Of a stretch of 64,000 nt of DNA, positions 48,328 to 58,661 are shown one piece after another. A model generated the notes under the pieces. That model did not search any database. It saw only the letters and a program-made list of their open reading frames with translations, and had not been told where the DNA came from. Made by a program: the position numbers and the translations under genes. The DNA comes from an uncultured Spirochaetota bacterium. GTDB lineage: Bacteria > Spirochaetota > Spirochaetia > SZUA-6 > Fen-1364. Numbering within the stretch: position 1 is the stretch's first letter; each line of letters starts with the position of its first letter. The DNA is taken from the NCBI GenBank assembly GCA_963845535.1, contig CAWJSK010000004.1, forward strand, positions 96,001 through 160,000, read 5' to 3'.

Positions 48328-50402
48328 CCCTCCTCTCCTCCCTTCTGCATCCGCGCAATCGTGTCCGCTTGAAGCCGCTTGAGCTCCTCCAGCGGCATGT
48401 GGCAGGAGATCCGGTGGGCGTTCCTTCCCTCGCGCCACGGAGGGGTTTCGGTCTCGCAGATTTTCCCGATCTTTCGAGGACACCGGGTGTGGAACCTGCA
48501 TCCCGTGGGCATTTTCGCCGCGCTGGGAACGCTCCCTTCCAGCCGCATGGGGCGCTGGCGCACCTCGGGGTCTGCAATCGGAATGGATGAAAGCAGAGCC
48601 TCGGTATAGGGATGGAACGGCGCGGCAAACACGTCTTCAGCGTCACCCCACTCCATCAGCGCCCCGAGATACATGACCGCGATCCAGTGAGAGAGATGCT
48701 GGACCGCGGCAAGGTCATGCGAGATGAAAAGGTAGGAGACGTTGTTCTTTTCCTGCAGCTCGGTGAGCAGGTTCACAAGAGAAGCTTGCACGGACACGTC
48801 CAGGGAGGAAAGCGGCTCATCAAGAAGGATGATCTGAGGTCCCGCGGCAAACGCCCGGGCAATGGCCACGCGCTGCTTCTCCCCTCCGCTCAGCTCCTCG
48901 GGCAGGCGGCGGGAGAACTCCCGGGGAAGGTTGACGGCCTCGAGGAGCACGGCCGCGCTCTTCTGCGCTTCCTTGCGCGAAAGCCCGGCGAGGAGCCGCA
49001 GCGGCCTGGCAATGGTGCGCCCGACGGTGTGCCGGGGGTTCAAAGAAGCTTCCGGGTTCTGAAAGACCATCCGCAGGCGTTTCAGGACGTTTCGCGGACG
49101 ACGCTGCACGGCCGCCTCCAGCGTCTGTCCGTTCAGAAGGAGCTCCCCGGAAGTCTTTGGCGCCAGTCCCGCTATCACGCGCAGAAGCGTGGTCTTTCCG
49201 CAACCGCTCTCTCCCACCACCCCCAGCGTGTTCCCCTTGCGGACCCAGAGAGTGACTCCGTCCACGGCCCGAACGTTCCTGCTCCCTGCGCTTCCGGCTC
49301 GGAAAAGCCGCTCCGTTGGCGGAAAGCTCTTCCGTACATCGGTCACGCGAAGCACCTCGGGCCGCGCTTCCCGGTGGGGAGGGACGGGACGTGTAGCGCG
49401 CGCATATTCCGCAGCGGTTGGCAATTCTTCCCACCGGAAGCACGCGCTGAAGTGACCGGGCCGCACCTCGCGAAGCGGCGGCGTTGATTTCCTGCACTCG
49501 TCACGAACAAACGCGCAACGGGAAGCGAAGATGCATCCTTCGGGGAGCGCATCCAGCCGGGGGATGGAGCCTGGGATGCTCGCAAGAAGCCTCTTTCCAC
49601 CTTCGGGGTCGAACCTCGGCACGCACCCCAGGAGCCCGAGCGTATAAGGGTGCAGGGGCGTGCGGTACAGGTCTCTCACTGCCGCCTGCTCGCAAAACTG
49701 CCCTGCGTACATCACCCCGACCCGGTCGCACAGCTTGGAGACCACGGCAAGGTCGTGCGTGATGTAGAGCACCGCGGAATCGAACTCCCGCGCCAGCTGC
49801 GACACCAGGTCCAGCACCACGGCCTGCGTCGTCACGTCCAGCGCCGTTGTAGGCTCATCCAGGATGAGCAGCTCGGGCCGCGTGATGAGAGCCATCGCTA
49901 TCACGCATCGCTGGAGCATGCCTCCCGAGAGCTGATGCGGATAACGCTGCATGATGGACGCGGGATCCGGCATTGCCACGCGGGCAAGCATTTCCCGGCA
50001 CTTCTCCCGCGCCTGAGTCCGCGACAACCGCAGGTGCTTGCGCGCAACTTCAGAAAGCTGCTCGCCGATTCGAATGGACGGATTGAGGGCGGCGGAAGGA
50101 TTCTGGTAGACCATGCCGATGCGGCTGCCCCAGATCCTTCGCATCTGAAAGCGGCGCTGCCCGGTGAGCTCGACGTCCCGAAGCCGGGAGGTGCCCCCCA
50201 GGACCTTGCCGTTTGCGCTGAGATAGTTGATGGCGCCCATGGCGAGGCTCGTCTTCCCGGACCCCGACTCGCCGACAACACCGAAGCATTCCCTTTCCCT
50301 GACCTCCACGGTGGCGCGCCTCACGGCAGGGAGGAGCCCCGATTCGGTCTGGTAGCCTATGGAGAGATCCGATGTCTGGAAGACCACCGCCTGATCCGCC
50401 AT
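48324..50402 (-). CDS. peptide/nickel ABC transporter ATP-binding protein (fused DppD-DppF)
   Basis: Two GESGxGKT, LSGG, HPYT and Cys-rich oligo_HPY tails. Confidence 0.9.
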   Translation of the reverse strand: MADQAVVFQTSDLSIGYQTESGLLPAVRRATVEVRERECFGVVGESGSGKTSLAMGAINYLSANGKVLGGTSRLRDVELTGQRRFQMRRIWGSRIGMVYQNPSAALNPSIRIGEQLSEVARKHLRLSRTQAREKCREMLARVAMPDPASIMQRYPHQLSGGMLQRCVIAMALITRPELLILDEPTTALDVTTQAVVLDLVSQLAREFDSAVLYITHDLAVVSKLCDRVGVMYAGQFCEQAAVRDLYRTPLHPYTLGLLGCVPRFDPEGGKRLLASIPGSIPRLDALPEGCIFASRCAFVRDECRKSTPPLREVRPGHFSACFRWEELPTAAEYARATRPVPPHREARPEVLRVTDVRKSFPPTERLFRAGSAGSRNVRAVDGVTLWVRKGNTLGVVGESGCGKTTLLRVIAGLAPKTSGELLLNGQTLEAAVQRRPRNVLKRLRMVFQNPEASLNPRHTVGRTIARPLRLLAGLSRKEAQKSAAVLLEAVNLPREFSRRLPEELSGGEKQRVAIARAFAAGPQIILLDEPLSSLDVSVQASLVNLLTELQEKNNVSYLFISHDLAAVQHLSHWIAVMYLGALMEWGDAEDVFAAPFHPYTEALLSSIPIADPEVRQRPMRLEGSVPSAAKMPTGCRFHTRCPRKIGKICETETPPWREGRNAHRISCHMPLEELKRLQADTIARMQKGGEEG

Positions 50403-51272
50403 CTACCGCGACCTCTCCCCTGGTTGGAGAACCTGACGCAGCCCGTCCGTCATGAGGTTGGTGGCTATGACGAGAATCGAGATTGCCGCGGCCGGGAAGA
50501 GCAGGATCCACGGAGCCGTGGCAAAGTAGCTTCGCGCCTCATTGATCTGGAGCCCCCAGTCAGGGGAGGGAGGCTGGACTCCCAGCCCGAGGAAGCCAAG
50601 GGAAGCCACCAGGAAAATCGAATAGGAGAACCTCACGGAGATCTCTACGAGTATCGGGCCCAGCGCGTTGGGGAGGATCTCCCGAAAAAGGATGGCGAGG
50701 TCCCGCTCACCGCGGATTCGCGCGGCCTCCACGAACTCCTTGGTGCGAAGGTCCAGCACCATGCTGCGCGCCAGCCGCGCGAGCATGGGAACGTACAGGA
50801 CGGAGATGACCAGGAGAAGATTGAGCGCGGAAGGACCCACGGTGGCGAGCAGGAGAAGAGCGAAGAGAAGCGGCGGAAAAGAAAGAAGCACGTCCAGGAC
50901 GCGCATCAACGCCTCGTCCCACAGACGCCCGTAGAAACCGGAGAAAAGCCCCATGGAGACTCCGATCACCGCGGCCAGCAGCGTCCCTGTGCCGCTCAAG
51001 AGAAATATCCCTCTGCTGCCCACGAGGATGCGGCTCAGGATGTCCCGGCCGTACTGATCGGTCCCCAGGAGATGAGCGACGCTGGGCGGCTTGAGACGGT
51101 CCGCCACGTGCTGGATCTCGAACCCGTACGGAGCCACCAGCGGGCCGAAAAGCGCCATGAGGAGAAAGAAGAGAAACACGAGCGTTCCGCCCAGCGCCGC
51201 AGGGTTGCGCCTCAAGCGACCCAGCGCGCGAGAGAGACCGCGGGGGAATGCGATGGTCCCTGGGCCGCTCAT
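50403..51272 (-). CDS. peptide/nickel ABC transporter permease (DppC type)
   Basis: HLLGTDQYGRD, EFVEAARIRG, LGFLGLG. Confidence 0.9.
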   Translation of the reverse strand: MSGPGTIAFPRGLSRALGRLRRNPAALGGTLVFLFFLLMALFGPLVAPYGFEIQHVADRLKPPSVAHLLGTDQYGRDILSRILVGSRGIFLLSGTGTLLAAVIGVSMGLFSGFYGRLWDEALMRVLDVLLSFPPLLFALLLLATVGPSALNLLLVISVLYVPMLARLARSMVLDLRTKEFVEAARIRGERDLAILFREILPNALGPILVEISVRFSYSIFLVASLGFLGLGVQPPSPDWGLQINEARSYFATAPWILLFPAAAISILVIATNLMTDGLRQVLQPGERSR

Positions 51273-51296
51273 TGCGCGCTGGGAATGGGCAGGCGC

Positions 51297-52823
51297 CTAC
51301 TTGGAGAAGTATGCGTTGGTGAACCGCGTCCGCGGCCAGTCGGAAGTCAGGATGACTCCCTGGAGATCCGCGCTGAGACCGGCCACCGCCTTCTCGAAGT
51401 ACGGAACGATGATGGGCCCGCGGTCGATGAGGATCTGCTGCGCCTGCTTGTACAGCGCGACGCGTTTTGCCTTGTCCATCTCCCTGTCGACCTTGCGCGT
51501 GATCTCGTCGAACTGCGCGTCCGACCAGTGGCTTTCATTCCACTGAGCGTCGCTTGTGTAGGCGAGCTTGAAGTAGGTGACCGGTGTGGCCCGGGAGCCC
51601 CAGTCCGTGATCCCGAAATCGGCCACCAGCCAGCTCTGATCCCCGTTGCCGTAGTACACATCCGATGGGACGATCTGGATGTCCACCTGGACGCCGATCT
51701 TCGCCATCTGCTCCTTCCACACGGTCGCAATGGGGACGACGTCGAGCTGGTTCTGCGTGGCGAGCGTGATCTTCAAGCCGTTGGGGTAGCCGGCTTCCGC
51801 AAGGAGCTTCTTCGCCCTGGCAATGTCAGGCTTCGGCGCCTTGTCCAGGTAGTAGTCGGCAAACGCCGGGCCAACGGGAGTGAAGCCGTTGCCGATAGAG
51901 GCGAGGCCGGGCCGGACCTGATCCACGATCCCCTGGTGATCCGTGCCGAGCTTCAGCGCAAGACGGACCCTCGGATCAGAGGCGACGTGGCCCTTATCCG
52001 AGCGCATGTGCAGCACCCAGTGCATGTTCGACGTGTTCGTGATGACCTTTGTCTGCGGGTCTTTCTTGACGGCGTCCGCAAGCTGCGCGCTGAGGCCGGC
52101 AACGTAGTTGAGCTGCCCGCCGCGAAGAGCTTCCACCTGCCCGCCCTGATCGGGAGAAAAAATGATGTCGATCTCATCCAGGTACGGAAGCGGCTGGCCG
52201 CTTGCGTCCTTCTGGCTGAAGTACGGGTTCTTCTTCAGCACGATGCGGTCTTCGGGCGCATAGGAGTCGATCATGAAGGCGCCGCTTCCGATCCTCTCCT
52301 TGCCCGGATCCTTGCTGGATGCCGGGATGATGCACGCGTGGTATTCGCCTACGTCGCTTGCAAACTCGGGATTCGTGTCCGAAAGCGTGAACTGGACGCG
52401 CGTGGCATCCAGCGCCTTGATATCCTGGATTTCCTTGAACAGGCTGGCTGCCGGGCTTCCCACCTTCGGGTCACGAAGCCTGTTGAAGCTGGCTACCACG
52501 TCATCCACCGTGACAGGCTGGCCATTGTTGAACTTCGCGTCCGAACGGATGGTGAACACCCAGACTTTGCCGTCCGCGGATTGCCATTTCGTGGCCAGGT
52601 CAGGAACGGCGCGGTTGGCAGCGTCGATGTAGGTGAGATGCTGGTAGACCTGCTCCAGCAGCGTGATGTCAGCAATGGAGGTGGCAAAGTGAGGGTCGAG
52701 GTTGCTGACAGGCTGGCTGCCGATCTTCAACACGCCGCCAGGGGTCGGAGCCGCCTGCGCCAGGACGGCGGCTGCCACGAACACCGCAATGGCGAGGAGC
52801 CTCATGGAAAACCTGTAGGTCAT
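51297..52823 (-). CDS. family 5 ABC substrate-binding protein
   Basis: Signal peptide, LDP, PDLATKW, AKFNNG, IGSGAF; AAGGAGG RBS. Confidence 0.9.
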   Translation of the reverse strand: MTYRFSMRLLAIAVFVAAAVLAQAAPTPGGVLKIGSQPVSNLDPHFATSIADITLLEQVYQHLTYIDAANRAVPDLATKWQSADGKVWVFTIRSDAKFNNGQPVTVDDVVASFNRLRDPKVGSPAASLFKEIQDIKALDATRVQFTLSDTNPEFASDVGEYHACIIPASSKDPGKERIGSGAFMIDSYAPEDRIVLKKNPYFSQKDASGQPLPYLDEIDIIFSPDQGGQVEALRGGQLNYVAGLSAQLADAVKKDPQTKVITNTSNMHWVLHMRSDKGHVASDPRVRLALKLGTDHQGIVDQVRPGLASIGNGFTPVGPAFADYYLDKAPKPDIARAKKLLAEAGYPNGLKITLATQNQLDVVPIATVWKEQMAKIGVQVDIQIVPSDVYYGNGDQSWLVADFGITDWGSRATPVTYFKLAYTSDAQWNESHWSDAQFDEITRKVDREMDKAKRVALYKQAQQILIDRGPIIVPYFEKAVAGLSADLQGVILTSDWPRTRFTNAYFSK

Positions 52824-53005
52824 CGGGAGCACCTCCTTAGATGCACCACAGTACTAGGGAAAAGCGTCTGAGCGCAAGTGCAAAACCGCGCAAAGCCGCT
52901 CTCGTGCAAAACCGCTCTTGGGACCGATGGGCCGTTTGGTTCCCGCCGGCCGGTTTTCATGGTGTCGGTTTTCATGGTTGCGCCCGACGCCATCCGGGGG
53001 TTACC

Positions 53006-55178
53006 ATGGAAGCTCCCATGTCAGATTCTTCTCAACCACCCGGGCGCGTGATCGAGGGCAACTGCGGCATCTGTCCTTCCGGTTGCTCCGTCAAGATCAC
53101 GCTCCAGGGGGACCGCATCACGCGAGTCGTCCCTGATCCCCGACGCCCCAACGGCATGTGCTGTCGGCGCGTCAGCCGGGCGGCGGAGATCCTGTATTCC
53201 CCGGACCGCCTCACATTTCCGCTTGCACGAGAGGGAAAGCGAGGGGAGAACCGGTTCCGCAGGGTGAGTTGGGACGAAGCCCTGGACATCACTGCCACCC
53301 GGCTCCGCGAGATAAAGTCGCGCTTCGGCCCTGAGGCGCTTTGCCTGTACACGGGCCGCGGTACTTTCGAACGGTCCTTGTGGGAAATGCTGGCACCTGC
53401 CGGCGTGCGGGAGACGTGCGCCTGGAGTCTTCTGTTTCCGTTCGGGTCCCCCAACACCACAGGAGCCGGATCCAACTGCTACGTGAGCCAGGCGGTGATC
53501 GCTCCCGCCACCACGTATGGGCTCTGGTGGGCCGACACGACCCCGGACCTGGAAAGGTCGAACCTCATCGTGGTCTGGGGAACGAACCCCGCAAACGCCT
53601 CGCCGCCCGAAGTGATGGAACGCATCCTGAAGGCGCGCAAACGCGGAACGAAAGTGGTCGTGATCGACCATCGTCGGACTGAAACCGCTGCGCGGACCGA
53701 CGCTCAGTGGATCCCTATTCGGCCCGGAACGGATGGCGCGCTTGCCCTGGCAATGCTCAACGTCATCGTGACGGAAAAGCTGTACGACGAGCGGTTTGTG
53801 GCGGACTGGACAACGGGCTTCGAGGACCTGCAGGCCTATCTGCGGCAGTATTCGCCGCGGAACGCGTCAGAGATCACCGGGGTGCCGCCCGAGGTGACGG
53901 CCACCCTCGCGCGGGAGCTTGCCCAGGCCGGGGGGGCAGCGTTTCTCGGCTACTCCGGCCTGGAATATACGACCAGCGCGGTACAGAACATCCGCGCCAT
54001 CCTGATCCTCTGGGCGCTCACGGGAAACATCGACGTGCCCGGTGGCATCCTCTTCAAGGAGCCGGGGGACGGGTTCACGGTGAGCGCGCGTCATCGTCTG
54101 GACCCGCGCCGGTCCCGCGCCGGTGGGCGCCAGCACCTACCCCTTGTACCATCATTTCCGAAGAGAGGCGCAAGCCATGGAGCTTCCCATGGCCATCCTC
54201 GAAAGCCGGCCTTACCCCGTACGGGGCATGCTCGTCTTCGGCGCCTCCATCATCACGGGCTACCCGGACCCGAACCTGTGGAGACGCAGTTTCTCGGCGC
54301 TCGATTTCCTCCTTGTCGCGGACCGCTACCCCACGGAGGACTCGCGCTACGCGGACATCATCCTCCCGGCGGCAACCTCCTTCGAATACGACTCTTACCT
54401 CGTCTCGGGGAACACGGTGCAGTTGCGGCGAAAAGTCGTAGAGCCGGTGGGGGGGTCCCGAAGCGATTGGGACATTGTGGTGGGAATTGCGGATAAGCTG
54501 GGCTACGGCCATCTCTTCCCTGGCTCGTCGCAGGAAATGTTGAGCTGGGCATTCGAGGACACCGGAGTCGATCTGAAAGAGCTTGAAGCAAACCCCGACG
54601 GCGTGCCCATTCCGGCCAAGCCCACGCGGTATCGCAAGTGGGAGACCGGGCTGCTGAGGAATGACGGGAAGCCCGGGTTTCCAACTCCTTCAGCAAAGCT
54701 GGAGATTGCCTCCACCCTCCTGAAAAGCTACGGCTACGAGCCCCTGCCCATGTTCGTGCCGCCCGTGGAGGGACCGGCGGAGAGTCCCGAGGTTGCCCGC
54801 CGGTTTCCCCTTGTTTTCAATTCCGGATCACGGGCAAAGAGCTTCATCTGCTCACAGCACAGGAACATCCCGGCCCTTGCGCGCCAACGGCCGGCGCCGC
54901 TCGTCTGGATCCACCCTCGGGACGCGGCCGCACGCGGCATCAAAAGCGGTGACTCGGTGGATGTCGTGAGCCCGCGCGGCCGCGTACGCTTCGAGGCTTT
55001 TGTAACTGATAACATCAAGGAGGGATCCGTGGAGGCGGACGCGCACGGGGGCAGTCCCACCTCGCGCGGCCTGTGGCGGAGCTGCAACGTGAACGAACTC
55101 ACCGACGCGGACAATCGCGACCCTATTTCCGGGTTTCCCGTCTACAAAGCCCTGCTCTGTGACGTCGTCAAGGCGTAG
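53006..55178 (+). CDS. molybdopterin-dependent oxidoreductase (DMSO reductase superfamily), frameshift near 54107
   Basis: CGICPSGC..CC Fe-S motif, RVSWDEALD, WGTNP, IRPGTDGALA; second frame ADIILPAAT, GFPTPSAK, IHPRDAAARGI. Confidence 0.85.
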
Positions 55179-55224
55179 CGCGCCTTACGCGGTGCGGCCT
55201 TGCGTGCTTTGGGCGGCGTGCGGC

Positions 55225-56652
55225 TCAGACCCCCAGGATCTGATCGACTTCCTTCTTCAACGGATCCGGCAGCGGCGAGCCGCGGTGGCTGGACATGATT
55301 TCGACCGTCTTCTCCCGAAGCCGGGCGCGAAGTCCCTTGGAGCCTGACGCCTGCCAGCCGTCGAAGCGCTGACGGTCAAAAAGCTGCGGCTGCCACATCT
55401 CGCGGAAGTGCCGCACGGTATGGTCCTCACCAAGGAAGTTCCCTCCCGGCCCCACCGCGTGGATGACATCCAGGGCGAGCTCCTCCGCGCCCAGGTCGAA
55501 ACCGTCGATGAAGTGACGCATCATGCCGATCATGTCGGCGGTGAACACCATCATCTCAGGTGACGTGATGAGCCCCGCCTCCAGATAGCCCACATCATGG
55601 ATGAGGTTCGTTCGGCTGAGAAGCGCGGTTTGGACCGAAAAGACGGCGTCCGCGGCCGCCTGCTCGTCGAACAGGATGCTGTCGGAATGGCCGGCATATC
55701 CCCAGGTAGGGAGGCCATAGTACCTCCCCATGCACGCCACCGCCGCGCGCGCCAGCTGGAACTCCGGGGCGCCGTACACGCTGATGGAGGTCTTCATGTC
55801 CAGGTGGTGGAGACCGCTCCCATAGAGGAAAGGGGCGCCGGGCCGTCTCCTCTGGTGGATGACAATGCTGCTCAGCACCTCGGCGTTCCCGAGGGCCAGG
55901 CCGCCGGCAAGCGTCACCGGCGCGGTGCTGCCCATCATGGGCGCCGGGGAGTGGACAACCGGGAGCCCTTCCTCCGCCATGTAGAGGAGCTTCTCCGTTG
56001 CCGTGTCGCTCTGGGAAAGCGGCGTCGTTGGCTCCGAGTACAAGAGCAGCGTGGGATTGAGCCGAAGCTCTTCCTTTCCGCCCGCCACCAGAGCGGCGGC
56101 GGCCACGATTGCGCGACAATCCGCGGCGTCATTGCAGACGAACACGACCGGTTTCCTGCTCCCCCCGATCAGGGATGCATATTGCCTGCGATACGCGTTG
56201 CCGCGGTAATCACGCGGGATCCCCATGGACATGAGGAAGGAGACCTCGGGAAGCGCATCCGCAAGGCGCACGCACGCCTCGAGGTCTGCCAGCGTGAAAG
56301 GCCGCCGCGTCCCGTCCTTGGGGTCAAGGTAGTTGGGGCAGTCCGAGCCGGGACCAAAGTTGGATTCTCCGGGGCACAACCGCACGCCTGCATTCGAAGT
56401 CCCCCGCTCGCAGAGCGTGATGGTCGAGGGAGCCTGGGAAAGCGCCCACTCGATGACCCCGGGCGGGATGCGCACAAGGTTGCCGTCCGTCACGTGACAT
56501 CCCGCCTCCCGCAGAAGGGAGAGGGCGTCATTGTTGTACACTCGTATCCCTGTTCGTCGGAGGATCTCGAGGGAGGCCTGGTGGACCGTCTCGCACTGTT
56601 CCCGGTCCATGAGCTCCAGGCGTGGAACCGCGCGCGCTGAATTGTTGTTCAT
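55225..56652 (-). CDS. trimethylamine:corrinoid methyltransferase (MttB) superfamily protein, non-pyrrolysine
   Basis: HQASLEILRRTG, TAPVTLAG, PGAPFLYG, YGAPE, IHDVGYLE, VGPGGNFL. Confidence 0.88.
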   Translation of the reverse strand: MNNNSARAVPRLELMDREQCETVHQASLEILRRTGIRVYNNDALSLLREAGCHVTDGNLVRIPPGVIEWALSQAPSTITLCERGTSNAGVRLCPGESNFGPGSDCPNYLDPKDGTRRPFTLADLEACVRLADALPEVSFLMSMGIPRDYRGNAYRRQYASLIGGSRKPVVFVCNDAADCRAIVAAAALVAGGKEELRLNPTLLLYSEPTTPLSQSDTATEKLLYMAEEGLPVVHSPAPMMGSTAPVTLAGGLALGNAEVLSSIVIHQRRRPGAPFLYGSGLHHLDMKTSISVYGAPEFQLARAAVACMGRYYGLPTWGYAGHSDSILFDEQAAADAVFSVQTALLSRTNLIHDVGYLEAGLITSPEMMVFTADMIGMMRHFIDGFDLGAEELALDVIHAVGPGGNFLGEDHTVRHFREMWQPQLFDRQRFDGWQASGSKGLRARLREKTVEIMSSHRGSPLPDPLKKEVDQILGV

Positions 56653-56659
56653 TGATATC

Positions 56660-56690
56660 ACTCTATAGACGGAGCCGCCGGCCCTGTCAA
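56660..56690 (-). promoter_or_regulatory. candidate sigma70 promoter of the MttB-like gene
   Basis: TTGACA at 56690-56685; TATAGA at 17-nt or TAGAGT at 19-nt spacing. Confidence 0.5.
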
Positions 56691-56719
56691 GGAAACCGGC
56701 CAGGAAACGGCAGGGCCTT

Positions 56720-56752
56720 GCGGCTTGGCCAGTTCGTTGCTGGCCAAGCCGC
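56720..56752 (-). terminator. 13-bp perfect hairpin downstream of the J-domain gene
   Basis: GCGGCTTGGCCAG-N7-CTGGCCAAGCCGC; no U-tract. Confidence 0.5.
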
Positions 56753-56764
56753 CCACCGCGAAAT

Positions 56765-57643
56765 CTAGGCCGTGGCTTCAGCCTTGTCGGCGCGAACCTT
56801 GCCGCCCGCTTTCACGGCGTCCAGGCGGCAGCGCGCGTTGTGCTTGAAAAGCTCATGCAGGAGCCCGGAAAGCTCCGGATCCGACATGCGTTCTTTCTCC
56901 ACGAAATACCGCCCGATGGGTCGCTGGCGCGCGCGCTGGATCCGGAGCACCCGGCGAACGTCCTCAACGGTGATGAGCCGAAGCCGGGATGCAGCCGCCC
57001 CGGTCTGCTCGTGGCGCACCCGAGCCACAAGGACGCGGGTCATGTCGCCCGCGGAGATGAGCTGGAGCTGCCGCGCAATCTCCCCGAACTTCGGCCGGCC
57101 GCTTCGCTGCCACACGAGCGCGCCGATGAGCGACTGCCAGGAGATGGACCCGGAATAGTAGAGAAACTCCGCCAGCCGAAGGCGCCGGCGGGGAAGGGGG
57201 CCGTGATAGAAGATCTCCTTGCCCCGGTCCGCGTGAACGCCGGCTCTGTGGGCGCCGGTGTCATGAGGACGCGGATCCGCCTGGTGCGCGCGGGCGCCGG
57301 CCGTGTAGGAGCGGCCTTCCGGGGGGCGGGGCCGGGCGCTGTGGGGGCGCGCACCGGCATGCGTGAAACCCGAGGGACCCTGGTACGCGCCCTGTCTGCG
57401 CGCCTCCTGGGGCGGTCTGCGCGAAAGGAGGAAGGCCATGAGCAGCTCGTACGCGCGGGAGGCCTGGATGAACTGCGCCCCATCGGTCGATCCGTTCGCG
57501 CTGTCCGGATGTGTGCGCAGGGCAAGCCTGCGGAAAGCGGCCCGCACGGTGGCCACCGTCAACTGGCGCAACAGGGCCTGACCGGCTCGTCGGGCCTGCG
57601 GTCCGAGAAGGACCGCGCATGCATCGAGCAGTTTCGCTTCCAT
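56765..57643 (-). CDS. J-domain (DnaJ-like) protein with C-terminal MshEN-like repeats
   Basis: VRAAFRRLALRTHPD...AYELL; four ~24-aa repeats starting RLAEFLYYSGSISWQSLIGALVWQ. Confidence 0.75.
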   Translation of the reverse strand: MEAKLLDACAVLLGPQARRAGQALLRQLTVATVRAAFRRLALRTHPDSANGSTDGAQFIQASRAYELLMAFLLSRRPPQEARRQGAYQGPSGFTHAGARPHSARPRPPEGRSYTAGARAHQADPRPHDTGAHRAGVHADRGKEIFYHGPLPRRRLRLAEFLYYSGSISWQSLIGALVWQRSGRPKFGEIARQLQLISAGDMTRVLVARVRHEQTGAAASRLRLITVEDVRRVLRIQRARQRPIGRYFVEKERMSDPELSGLLHELFKHNARCRLDAVKAGGKVRADKAEATA

Positions 57644-57727
57644 CTCTACTGTAATGTATCGGTACACCGCGACAGAAGGAAAATCAATTGATGGCGTTTC
57701 CTTTTTCGAAACGCTACACTGCCGATC

Positions 57728-58661
57728 GTGACGGTCTTCGGCGTTCTCCTGACAATCCTGGGTCTTGCTCTCTTTGAAACCATCTCGAGTGTGGACAACG
57801 CCATCATCAACGCCACCGTGCTTTCCGGCATGGCGCAACGCGCCCGCCGCTGGTTCCTGCTATGGGGCGTGATGTTTGCCGTATTCGTCGTCCGAGGTCT
57901 CCTTCCCTGGATCATAGTCTGGTTTGCGCTGCCCGGGATAGGACCCTGGGGTGCGCTCACCGCCGCTTTCTCAAGTGATCCCCGCGTGGTGGAAGCAGTC
58001 GAAGCGTCGGCGCCCCCTTTGCTCCTGGGCGGCGGCGTCTTCCTGGTCCTTCTCTTTCTCCACTGGCTTTTTCTGGAGCCCAAGCGCTACGGCGTGCCGG
58101 GGGAGAGGTTCTTCTTCGAGAAAGGCTTCTGGTTCTACGCGGTTGCGTCCATCCTCCTTGCCGCAACGGTCTGGTTTGCCCTGCCCCGCGGCGACATGCT
58201 GGCTTTTGCCGCGGTGTTCGGCTCGACGCTTTTCTTCATAACGCACGGATTCAAGGAGAACGCAGAGCGCAAAGAGCGGCAGCTTGCCGGAAGCCCGATC
58301 TCCGACATCGCCAAGGTCCTGTACTCTGGAGATCATCGATATGACGTTCTCCATCGACGGCGTGCTCGGAGCGTTCGCCTTCACTCTGTCGGTGCCGCTC
58401 ATCGTTGCGGGAAACGGGCTGGGGGCGGTGATCGTGCGGCAGCTCACGGCAGGGAACGTGGAACGGATCAAGAGATACCGCTACCTGAAGAATGGCGCCA
58501 TGTACTCGATCCTGTTCCTGGGGGCCTTCATGGTCTCTGACGGGTTTGGCGCGCGCATTCCGCAGTGGATCTCCCCGCTCGTGACGTTCGCCGTAGTTGG
58601 ATTCTTCTTTGCACGGTCCCTGCGGACCGGGAAGTCATCCCGAAGCCTGAGGCAGCCGTGA
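57728..58661 (+). CDS. DUF475/TerC-like membrane protein, frameshift near 58325
   Basis: FETISSVDNAIINA in frame 1; LEIIDMTFSIDGVLGAFA and YLKNGAMYSI in frame 2. Confidence 0.8.

Noticed and set aside
49650..52871. 1073-aa plus-strand ORF, and similar long antisense ORFs (2663-4576, 4782-6584, 9080-10849, 24172-25998)
   Set aside because: Shadows of well-supported genes on the opposite strand in high-GC DNA; no motifs
53006..55178. Acetylene hydratase assignment for the Mo-enzyme
   Set aside because: The catalytic Asp next to the Fe-S motif is replaced by Pro (CGICPSGC)
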